Virus record (IMG/VR): IMGVR_UViG_2602041664_000003
Span: 7,315 to 71,314 of that record
From: a virus
Taxonomy: Duplodnaviria; Caudoviricetes
DNA length: 64,000 bases
Reading direction: 5' to 3' (one strand)
Numbering within the stretch: position 1 is the first letter of the stretch; the number at the start of each line of letters is the position of its first letter. A program made the position numbers and the translations under genes. The notes below the pieces were generated by a model that saw nothing but the letters and a program-made list of their open reading frames with translations, had not been told where the DNA came from and made no database searches. Shown one piece after another: positions 56,018-63,913 of the stretch.

Positions 56018-56638
56018 TTACCAATCGCTATCTTTGTCGTAGTTCATTTCAGATGATTTGAGGGTAGTAGATGGAGCCGATGTTTTTAGTTCAAACAATC
56101 CACTCCAATTATTTGTCATACTCTGTTCGATAATAAGCATTGCCTTCTCTGCATTACCGCCACTATACTTTTTCAGTTTCTTATAACAAAGTTCGAGATC
56201 GCATTGACGTTTATACATTTGATTTTTAGACCGCTTATATTTGAGCCATTCCTCAAATGGCTTTCTGAATTGTGGTTCAATGAAAGAGTAATCAAGAGAG
56301 TTCTTCTTTGTAACCTTTACCTTCTCTTTGTTTTGTTTTTGTTTCGTTTTTGTTTCATAAGCATTCAAAGTTTTTTCGTAAAATTCATAATTACAGATAC
56401 TTATTACACTTCCTCCTTTGTTTCCTTTTTGTTTCGTTTTTGTTTCACAAGCACCTAAAGTTTTCAATTCTTCGAGTGCTTTATAAACTCGTTTTATGCT
56501 TAATTCATTATCCTCTGCCATCTGTCGAAGCGTGGTCTTAATATTACCATCATTATCAGATATGAAAAGCAGATAGAAAAAGAATTGCGCAACCCGATGA
56601 GAGGAAAATTTCTTGTACAGTTCTTTAGGAATATTCAT
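56018..56638 (-). CDS. replication initiator (replisome-organiser-like)
   Basis: N-terminal wHTH, ISICNYE.Y, C-terminal WLKYK...EQSMTNNWSGLF; internal iterons. Confidence 0.75.
   Translation of the reverse strand: MNIPKELYKKFSSHRVAQFFFYLLFISDNDGNIKTTLRQMAEDNELSIKRVYKALEELKTLGACETKTKQKGNKGGSVISICNYEFYEKTLNAYETKTKQKQNKEKVKVTKKNSLDYSFIEPQFRKPFEEWLKYKRSKNQMYKRQCDLELCYKKLKKYSGGNAEKAMLIIEQSMTNNWSGLFELKTSAPSTTLKSSEMNYDKDSDW
56327..56447. repeat. iteron-like repeats, probable origin
   Basis: Two 31-bp blocks 90 bp apart, each with three 11-bp-period TTTGTTT(C) units. Confidence 0.65.
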
Positions 56639-56835
56639 TTGATATATTTCATTGGGTTAATCACCGCTTCTCCAACACGAGGTTTGAAGTGTTCGCATTT
56701 GAGTAGTGTGCTTGCAACTTCACGTTCCTTTGTTATCGTACATTCAGAAACGATAGGATTGACGGGTACGGATCTCATGAGGTATGCGAAACGACACTCA
56801 AAACACGAATGTGGTTCAATATTTTTCTTTGCCAT
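56635..56835 (-). CDS. small Cys-rich protein
   Basis: CFEC...C...C..F; start MAKKNIEP. Confidence 0.6.
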   Translation of the reverse strand: MAKKNIEPHSCFECRFAYLMRSVPVNPIVSECTITKEREVASTLLKCEHFKPRVGEAVINPMKYIK

Positions 56836-56836
56836 G

Positions 56837-56968
56837 TTATGTTTCCTTTCCACACCACGCATCAGAGCACTTCCAATACCCTGCAACAAACGCTTCCATT
56901 GTCGTTGCGTTCGGGTGTTGCTTTATCCACTGCTCTGCGTGGAGTTCGATTTTTGTTTTTATTTTCAT
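56837..56968 (-). CDS. small hypothetical protein (43 aa)
   Basis: Hand-translated MKIKTKIELHAEQW...EAFVAGY. Confidence 0.5.
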   Translation of the reverse strand: MKIKTKIELHAEQWIKQHPNATTMEAFVAGYWKCSDAWCGKET

Positions 56969-56996
56969 CTTAAACACTATTTACTTGTTTCCTCTA

Positions 56997-57734
56997 TCAG
57001 ATTTCTTTGAACAAACTTCGTTCGCTTATTGCTTGTTCCCTACCAATGATAAAATCACAGATAAAATTACGAGCATAATCCGGAGAGATTAACGACCTCT
57101 CCATGCTGCATACGCCTGCCTTTGGAGAACTGCTTGCTTTCATTATTGTCTTTCGTTCCTTATCGTTCTGAAAAGAACGTCCATACGTTGGCTCGCAGTT
57201 GATAAACCAATAAGCCGTTGGTTTGATATAATAATCTCCACGTAGCATTCAGTTTTTATCTATCATTGTCGGCTTCGGGAAATTTTGCCCCGTAATAAGA
57301 TAATTCGGCTCCGTTGAAGGGTTTTCTATTATCAATCTTAGATTCCTACTATATGCAATCCATAGTAGCTTATAGAGTAGTGTGTGAAATTCTGTTCTTA
57401 ACTTTAATCTTTCTATGGTTAATTCTATCTTCTCACACATAGACTTCTTACGATAGTTTATACTCGTTAAATCAAAGCAAGTCTGTTGCAGTGATTCAAA
57501 GTATATGCATGGAAAGAAGTCTATTATTAGGTCTTCTTTGGTTATTTCGTCAAATAGGCTTGCCCCCCCCGCATAACATTTTTCAATTTCATTAAACAGA
57601 TCTGCAACATTATCAGTTTCGTTAAATTCGTTCTGAATGTCGTAGTCCTCCGCTTTATATCCAAGCTTAATGAACTCGTTTTTGAACGTTCCGGACTGCT
57701 CAAAGAAGCAGTGTACTTTTCCATTTATTACCAT
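56997..57734 (-). pseudogene. C5-cytosine methyltransferase-like gene split by an in-frame TGA
   Basis: FFEQSG, FFPC, IENP in the 5' part; KPTAYW...RS.I in the 3' part; junction AAC TGA ATG in the same frame. Confidence 0.7.
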
Positions 57735-58045
57735 AACAAGGCAGCGTTAAGTGTGTATATAATTTTAATTCCACAAGCGAGCGCAACATTTAACTCTGCA
57801 CGGCAACCAACGGATCGTTCCCAATTACATGCCATAAGGATAGCATCACAATCAAGCAAAAGTTTGAAATCCTCTCTCATGTGCTGCTCGTGCGTTGCAT
57901 TGAAATCCACCTCTCTGTCAAAAGGAGAAACAGTGGAATATTCTCTGTTTCTCAATCCCGTTTTATAGTTTTCAATTTCTTTCTTTACTTCGTCAATATC
58001 TCGACCTTCTATCGGTATCGATATGTAGCATTTCTTTCTTTCCAT
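57728..58045 (-). CDS. DUF4406 family (nucleoside deoxyribosyltransferase-like) protein
   Basis: YISIPI.G...LLDCDAI....WERSVGCRAE..VA. Confidence 0.8.
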   Translation of the reverse strand: MERKKCYISIPIEGRDIDEVKKEIENYKTGLRNREYSTVSPFDREVDFNATHEQHMREDFKLLLDCDAILMACNWERSVGCRAELNVALACGIKIIYTLNAALLW

Positions 58046-58069
58046 ATTTCTCTTTCGTTATTAATTTCG

Positions 58070-58253
58070 TGCTTTGGGCAGGATTCGAACCTGCATTTAC
58101 GTCTAAATCATATCCTAATCTTTTCGCAGAGGGATTCGAACCCACCAGCTTGTACTTCGCTTCTTCTACGTCTCGATTAACTGACGCGTGCTACCATTAC
58201 ACTATGCTACTTCGATTAAAAGTATGTGCGTCTACCAATTCCGCCACCAAAGC
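58070..58253 (-). ncRNA. tRNA-Leu-like shell with a second tRNA-like domain in place of the anticodon loop (184 nt)
   Basis: Perfect 7-bp acceptor; two D-loop-like and two TTCGAAT T arms. Confidence 0.75.
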
Positions 58254-58321
58254 TGGGTGTGGGGACGCTTCCCCACGTTGTTAAACTAAATTTACTTATT
58301 TACGAATAGAACAAAGTATTC

Positions 58322-58765
58322 TTATCCTTGCTCGAATATATCGAGTACTTGTGTTTCCGAGATTGATGCCACATCGTAATCAATCATTGAGTTGTCCATG
58401 AACTCTTTGATATAAGAGCGAGCCTTGTCAATGTTTGCTGCTTGAAAAAGATACGTTATAAGTGTTTTCTTTTCCTTTTCAGTGCGTTCGTCAAGCATGA
58501 TAAACGCAAGTTTCACACGATACCACTTATCATCTTTGCTATCGTCAGAGAAAAGAACCTCTGAATATGGAGCACGTGTGATCGCCTTGATGAATGTTTC
58601 TCCACTTGTGTATGCGGATAGTTCCTCGGTTATCTTCGTTTCTGCTTCTGTGAACGAAAGAGCATCAACCACAAATACTTCTGTTACTTTCTTCTCACGT
58701 CCGTCATCCATTGTTTTGTCGTAACGGACTTTCGTTTCAAACCATGTTGATGTTTTACTTCTCAT
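58322..58765 (-). CDS. DUF4494 family protein
   Basis: WFETKVRY.K..DDG.EKKVTE...DALSFTEAE. Confidence 0.85.
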   Translation of the reverse strand: MRSKTSTWFETKVRYDKTMDDGREKKVTEVFVVDALSFTEAETKITEELSAYTSGETFIKAITRAPYSEVLFSDDSKDDKWYRVKLAFIMLDERTEKEKKTLITYLFQAANIDKARSYIKEFMDNSMIDYDVASISETQVLDIFEQG

Positions 58766-58797
58766 ATTGTTTCTTTTTTTTATTGATTACAACCTCA

Positions 58798-59190
58798 TTA
58801 GAAGGGTAAATCATCTGATTGTTCTTGTTGCTGCGGAACTGCTTGTTGTTGTGGTATCGTTCGCTGTGGTTCGGGTTGATATTTCGATATTGTTCCATTC
58901 TGCGTTGGTTGTGCAGAAACGTTACCCACACGTTGAACTGCCCATGCACGAATATTATTGAACCAACGACCATTGTACTCATGAGCGTCAATGTCAAAAC
59001 TGACTTTCAGTTCTTCGCCTTGCTTGATGGCAAATTGGTTGATCTTGTCCTCTCCAAAGACATTAAATACTAATTTCTTTGGGTATTGGTCGTGTGTTTC
59101 AACAACATATTCTTGCGACTGCCAAGCACCTTTTGAAGATGTTCCTTCACGTAGTGGAAGCACGGCTATGATTCTTCCTTGAATTTCCAT
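58798..59190 (-). CDS. DUF3127 family (SSB-like OB-fold) protein
   Basis: MEIQGRII...WQSQEYV...AREY-like FN.I.AW; acidic DDLPF tail. Confidence 0.85.
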   Translation of the reverse strand: MEIQGRIIAVLPLREGTSSKGAWQSQEYVVETHDQYPKKLVFNVFGEDKINQFAIKQGEELKVSFDIDAHEYNGRWFNNIRAWAVQRVGNVSAQPTQNGTISKYQPEPQRTIPQQQAVPQQQEQSDDLPF

Positions 59191-59949
59191 TTACACTATT
59201 TTTTCTGATTTATTAATTTGATAGATTCTCTCTTTGAAATACTCAACCGCCAACTGTGTGCGTTCAAGTAATTGAAGTTGTATTTCTTCGTCCTTTGGTA
59301 TGCGGAGAACTTTTAACTGCTTGCTTATTGACGTACGTGGGTCGTATGAAACGAAATTTCCAAACGGCACCTCAACACCCGTTTCACGTTCAACACAAAT
59401 CATATTGTATTGAATCTGACAGTAATATTGAAGGTTGTCCTCCTTTAAATCCTCCGCTTTTTCGTATAAGAAGTGTTTAAGATGAACGGCAGGGTTGAAC
59501 GGACACTTAATCTCTATAATTCCACCCGATCGAATAATACCGTCTGGACTACCACCTGCAAACTTCTCAAATTCCTTAAGAGGAACAAATGGCGCATCAA
59601 GCACTTCGTTTTCTGTTTCCTCTTGATAGCGAGTGCGAGCAGAATCCTCCATAAGCGTCCCCCAATCCATAGCACGTGAACGTGGCGCACTATCCTCCAT
59701 ATATTCAAGGAAAGCGTCATTTGGCATGAATTGTTCAGCAATCTTTTCATCAAGATATGAGAATGTTCCTTGCGAGAAGGGTACTTCCTTTGTGCGTACT
59801 CTTGATTTTGGGTTATCTTTTTTGAATTGTTCAAGTTCCGCTTCTGTCATATCCTCCTTGTGGTTGGCAAGGAGGATATATATTTCAGACGCCGTTAGCT
59901 TGCCTTTACGTGAAAGATACCAGTCTGATGTTCTTTGGAGATCATTCAT
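59191..59949 (-). CDS. YqaJ/lambda-type exonuclease
   Basis: W...R.G.LTASE, WG...E, GSPDG, IEIKCP, YCQIQ. Confidence 0.88.
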   Translation of the reverse strand: MNDLQRTSDWYLSRKGKLTASEIYILLANHKEDMTEAELEQFKKDNPKSRVRTKEVPFSQGTFSYLDEKIAEQFMPNDAFLEYMEDSAPRSRAMDWGTLMEDSARTRYQEETENEVLDAPFVPLKEFEKFAGGSPDGIIRSGGIIEIKCPFNPAVHLKHFLYEKAEDLKEDNLQYYCQIQYNMICVERETGVEVPFGNFVSYDPRTSISKQLKVLRIPKDEEIQLQLLERTQLAVEYFKERIYQINKSEKIV

Positions 59950-60821
59950 TATATCTCATCCTCCTTCTTCTTCTCAGACTTTTTCTCTTTCTCGCCACCG
60001 AATAAGTCTTTTGAAGGATCAACTTCCTCTTTAGTTTCCTCAACTGGAGTTGTCTTCTTTGGGAAGAAAGTTTCCTGAACAGTAGTCGTACCCTCCTTGA
60101 TAGCGTTTGCAAGTCCACGGAGTTCGACCACCATATCAGTGTCAATCTCATCAACCTTTGAAACAGAAAGATAATCAAGGATGTGCTTTTCGTCAACACC
60201 AACCTTTGCGTAATATAGCATCATGTTTTGACGACTGCTTTCAAGCGTCATGGACTGACCGAGCGAAACTTGTTTGGCTTTTGTGAGTACTTTCTTAATG
60301 AGAGCAGATGGCACAACTTTCATGACTGCGTTACGCATGGCAATCGCACATGCTGCGTTGCCTGTTACGACTTGCATATCATCAGAATATGTATGACCAT
60401 ACTTGTCCGTGATACGCCTTTTTACATCTACCGATGTTGCATAGTTACTTTCAAGATCATGACACACGCCCTGTGCAGTGATAAATTTTCCGTCATTACC
60501 GATGATACGTGCCTGCACCCTCAAATTGCCCCACGAACTGGCAATGATTTCTGCCATACGAACAGAAGGACCTTCGATAACCTTACCTTGTCTGCGAAGG
60601 ACATAGAAACAACTTGCAGCGGTTTCCTCATCCATTGTTGCAAGCGTCTCGATATTGTTGAGAACTCGTGCAAGGTTACGTGGATATTGCTTTGCGGTTG
60701 AAATCTGTGTATCAATCTCGCTTTTGTTAATAGCTGCGAGCATTTCAGAACTTTGAACTTGAATTACTTCACACTCTGGGGTTTCGATTGTTGAGACTTC
60801 GTTGCTTGTTTGATTTTCCAT
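59949..60821 (-). CDS. putative single-strand annealing recombinase
   Basis: Adjacent to exonuclease and SSB; AK.YPR, GPSVR.AE...WGN pattern. Confidence 0.55.
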   Translation of the reverse strand: MENQTSNEVSTIETPECEVIQVQSSEMLAAINKSEIDTQISTAKQYPRNLARVLNNIETLATMDEETAASCFYVLRRQGKVIEGPSVRMAEIIASSWGNLRVQARIIGNDGKFITAQGVCHDLESNYATSVDVKRRITDKYGHTYSDDMQVVTGNAACAIAMRNAVMKVVPSALIKKVLTKAKQVSLGQSMTLESSRQNMMLYYAKVGVDEKHILDYLSVSKVDEIDTDMVVELRGLANAIKEGTTTVQETFFPKKTTPVEETKEEVDPSKDLFGGEKEKKSEKKKEDEI

Positions 60822-60843
60822 TGTTTTCTTTATTATTTTATTG

Positions 60844-61071
60844 TTAATACCTTTGTCCGATAGAGATATAACCCTCTTTTATGTTCGATTTAATAAAGAA
60901 CTTGTTGAAACCCGGAGCGCAATGGGCAATCTCGTTCTGCCGTGTGCGTTCCTGTGCTAATGAGTTCTTATTGTAAATTCCTTTTTTAATATGCAGGTAG
61001 TTCCCTGCACCACCGACAAGCGCAAATAATTGTCGGATTGTGTGTTTCCTTTCTCTAATAATCTTTTCCAT
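60844..61071 (-). CDS. hypothetical protein
   Basis: ORF in operon. Confidence 0.5.
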   Translation of the reverse strand: MEKIIRERKHTIRQLFALVGGAGNYLHIKKGIYNKNSLAQERTRQNEIAHCAPGFNKFFIKSNIKEGYISIGQRY

Positions 61072-61207
61072 TATTTGTATTTTGTTTTAACTCATGTTTT
61101 ATCTCGTTATAAACCGCCTCAAAACAACCAATTTCTCGCCAGATATACTTAGCAACGGCAGTAGCGCAAATAACCGCACCAATCGACATGAATAATTGCA
61201 TCATCAT
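61055..61207 (-). CDS. small membrane protein (50 aa)
   Basis: Hand-translated; hydrophobic N-terminus; ATGA overlap with Rha stop. Confidence 0.45.
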   Translation of the reverse strand: MMMQLFMSIGAVICATAVAKYIWREIGCFEAVYNEIKHELKQNTNNGKDY

Positions 61208-61959
61208 GCCGTTTTCTCTTTGAAGTCGTTAATCATTTCAGAAATGATTGAAAGCACGTTTTCAAGTGATCCGATTCTCTCAACAACATCAAGCTTCGTT
61301 TCTGTCGGCTTGACTTTCTTGTATGAGTTGATTGAGATATGGTAGAGGTATTTCAGCTTCTTGTATATTGTGTTCCATACATCACGATGAGCAGTGTTTG
61401 TTGCACGTGCATACTCGCAAACAAGTTCATTGATACGTGAACGTACAGATTGTTGTGGTGTTGGAATATCTGATAATTTCGCTTCGAGCAGTAATCGTCC
61501 ATTTTCCTCACGTTCCTTATCCATGTTATCAAGGCGTTGTTCAACGGCTGAAATTCTCTTTTCTTGCTCAACGTTGAACTGCGCTTGCATAAGGAGTTGT
61601 TCGGAGAGCGTCATTTGCTTAGGCTTCCTTAATTCATTTTCCATTGCGTTGAAAGCTGCAATGTAGTCAAGTTTAAATTGCAAAGCCTTTTTACCAGTAA
61701 AACCCATTACAAGAAGTGTGAATCCATCACGATTCATTACTACAACTCTTGAATAACGTACCCCGCCATTTGGTTGAGAAACCTCTATAGATGTGTCGTC
61801 AAAATATCCTTTACATTGATTATCAGACATTTTGCTCATCAAAGCATCTATTGCCTTTAATACGTCACCATGTTCTTTACCAAACTTTTCAGCAACCAAT
61901 AGACTATTTGTCAGCGCTTGGCTATTCTCGCCTTTGAAAACTAATTCGTTATTTTCCAT
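61204..61959 (-). CDS. Rha-family regulatory protein
   Basis: TNSLLVAEKFGKEH.DVL.AI...MNRDGFTLLVMGFTGKKA.QFKL.YI.AFN.ME. Confidence 0.9.
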   Translation of the reverse strand: MENNELVFKGENSQALTNSLLVAEKFGKEHGDVLKAIDALMSKMSDNQCKGYFDDTSIEVSQPNGGVRYSRVVVMNRDGFTLLVMGFTGKKALQFKLDYIAAFNAMENELRKPKQMTLSEQLLMQAQFNVEQEKRISAVEQRLDNMDKEREENGRLLLEAKLSDIPTPQQSVRSRINELVCEYARATNTAHRDVWNTIYKKLKYLYHISINSYKKVKPTETKLDVVERIGSLENVLSIISEMINDFKEKTA

Positions 61960-61980
61960 ATCTTATAATATTTATCATTG

Positions 61981-62032
61981 TACGCACGCCCTAATCGAAT
62001 AGTAGCAACCTTGTTTCAGTTGCAGCGTGCGC
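61981..62032 (-). ncRNA. mini tRNA-like element
   Basis: 8-bp closing stem, GCAAC/GTTGC hairpin, CTA-TTCGAT-TAG arm. Confidence 0.4.
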
Positions 62033-62229
62033 TATTGTATATAGAATATGTATAGCTTAGCGACTTCCGCTGCCCAAACGGACTACTCACTGCGTTAAAG
62101 GACGTTTCGCACTATCACCACATATTCATAAATCTTTTCATATGTTACATTAGTCACCTACTTAGTCCACTATGGGGTCACGGCACTTCTGCTACCCATA
62201 GCACCTTTCGGCTTCGTTGTTACCAATAA

Positions 62230-62239
62230 GTCAAAGAAC
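62230..62239 (-). promoter_or_regulatory. boxA-like antitermination sequence GTTCTTTGAC
   Basis: Resembles Nus boxA; lies in the leader of the long leftward operon. Confidence 0.45.
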
Positions 62240-62256
62240 ACCGTCTAAACATTCTG

Positions 62257-62348
62257 TGGAGGGTAGGGAATCGAACCCTTTCGCTTGATAATTTGCTTTT
62301 CGTTTCTTCTTTTTGCTACCATTCACCGACCGTATCGGTTAACCCTCC
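62257..62348 (-). ncRNA. tRNA-like element without a canonical anticodon arm
   Basis: GGAGGGT/ACCCTCC-A acceptor, AGGG-TTCGATT-CCCT arm, AATGGTAGCA. Confidence 0.55.
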
Positions 62349-62406
62349 GTTTTACCTTTGCTATACTCACGTACCACAAAGGTCACACAAGAAATAAATG
62401 AAATAT

Positions 62407-62718
62407 TCAATCTACTATATCACTATACAATGCTTCTACTATTTTATCTGTGTCTATTTTTATATTGTCTTTTACTTCATTTCCTTCATCATCACATAAG
62501 CATACGTTAATCTTTAGGCTGATGTCTGCGGATGTTGTTACGTTATAACCCGTACCGTTCATGTACCCACAGTGGTTATCATCTTCCACGTATCCATATG
62601 TTTTTATATATCCTTGTACATCTACTAAGTAATTGTCTATTTCGAGTGTTGTATCTATGTCGCTATCTCCTACGTAATCTAATAGGTATTCTTTTATATC
62701 TTCTTCGAGTTCCGTCAT
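62407..62718 (-). CDS. highly acidic hypothetical protein
   Basis: ORF coupled to the xis-like gene; very D/E rich. Confidence 0.65.
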   Translation of the reverse strand: MTELEEDIKEYLLDYVGDSDIDTTLEIDNYLVDVQGYIKTYGYVEDDNHCGYMNGTGYNVTTSADISLKINVCLCDDEGNEVKDNIKIDTDKIVEALYSDIVD

Positions 62719-62921
62719 ACCACCTTATTCTTTAATACCAATTTATCGAGATCCGATACTTCATATAAGATGTGTCCTCCTATTTTATAGAAGTGGAGTT
62801 GACCCGTTGAGCGAAGATTGCGTAGAAAGCGTTCCTTGCAACCGAGATACTTCTCTGCTTCTGTAGTACTCAACCACCTCTTTGGTGTTAAATCTGTTTT
62901 ACATATAGCTTTTTTAACCAT
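62715..62921 (-). CDS. excisionase-like HTH_17 protein
   Basis: WLSTTEAEKYLG...L.FYKIGG.ILY..SDLD. Confidence 0.8.
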   Translation of the reverse strand: MVKKAICKTDLTPKRWLSTTEAEKYLGCKERFLRNLRSTGQLHFYKIGGHILYEVSDLDKLVLKNKVV

Positions 62922-62983
62922 AATAATTTGCCTTATGCGAAGTATTTACATACCTTTGCGATGTAGGTTTATTAAATATGTTG

Positions 62984-63037
62984 CAAAGATACTACATAAA
63001 ATATGTACTAACAAGAAATACTACACAAAATATGCAG
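62984..63037 (-). promoter_or_regulatory. TATCTTTG promoter with two 17-bp operators
   Basis: -7 box 62984-62991; operators 62992-63008 and 63021-63037. Confidence 0.65.
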
Positions 63038-63154
63038 CATTTAACATTCTTTTACTTTATAGTATGTGTAGTAGATAAAATCAACCCTATAAAACGACAA
63101 ATGCGCAGGGAAGATCCTACGCATTGCTCTTTGAAATACTGATACAACCGATTT

Positions 63155-63913
63155 CTAATGATTGTTGAACTTGTTAACGAAGTAGACTTGACCTTTGCCC
63201 GTTACTTTCGTTGTAATAGTCGTGTGCAGCACCCCGTTGTTACCACTTCGCACACCTTTTTTGAGTTCAAATAAACCCATATCAACGTACTTCTGATTAG
63301 GGATGTTATAGCGTTCTCCTTTCGTGCCGAGATAGCCGTTATCACGCATCCATTGAAATAATCTCTTTTCTCCCATCGGAGTGCCGTTCTGATTGATTAG
63401 CTTTGCGAGTTCACCAATCAAGCAGGAAGATACAGATCCTCTGACCGCCTTAGTAAAGGTGATAGCAGGTTGAGCATCTTTTACAGATTGTTCCGCTTCA
63501 ATACGCTTCTGTCTTTCGGCTTTGAGAGTCGTGGCGAGTTGGATAAGGTAGTCAGGATCAGCTAACGTGCGTTCTATGATATTGTCAGTCATATACGCAC
63601 CATGTTTGCGAATTGACGGCAAGACCTCCTTTGTAACCCATTTACGAAAGGCTTTCGCTTCGGGTTTACGGCTGTCGAGGATTACATCGTACAAGCCGTC
63701 TTCGTTTACGAAAAGTGCTTGTTGAGTCCTTCCGAGATTGTCGATGATGGGGTAATTTGAAATTACCTCATCGCTAAGTCTTTGATTAACGCCCTTTGCT
63801 GATAAACCAACTGCATTACACACATCGGCAAGGCAAAACAATGGATTATCCGTTGTTCCTGCCGTTCTTACTTTCCCAAATTGTGGGTTTTCAAAAATTC
63901 TTAACTCGTTCAT
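63155..63913 (-). CDS. BRO-N / KilAC (ANT) antirepressor
   Basis: FENPQFGKVR...FCLADVC...SRKPEAKAFRKWVT.EVLPSIRKHG; TKVTGKGQVYF. Confidence 0.9.
   Translation of the reverse strand: MNELRIFENPQFGKVRTAGTTDNPLFCLADVCNAVGLSAKGVNQRLSDEVISNYPIIDNLGRTQQALFVNEDGLYDVILDSRKPEAKAFRKWVTKEVLPSIRKHGAYMTDNIIERTLADPDYLIQLATTLKAERQKRIEAEQSVKDAQPAITFTKAVRGSVSSCLIGELAKLINQNGTPMGEKRLFQWMRDNGYLGTKGERYNIPNQKYVDMGLFELKKGVRSGNNGVLHTTITTKVTGKGQVYFVNKFNNH

Noticed and set aside
57249-57251. Genome-wide stop-codon recoding
   Set aside because: Other genes end normally at TGA/TAG, long ORFs are intact in code 11, and no suppressor tRNA is present
58070-58253. tmRNA or group I intron-containing tRNA-Leu
   Set aside because: No G3:U alanine identity or tag ORF; the insert is only about 100 nt and is itself tRNA-like
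58069-58284. 71-aa plus-strand ORF (MLWAGFEPAF...)
   Set aside because: Antisense shadow of the tRNA-like RNA; the GFEP repeats are T-loop translations
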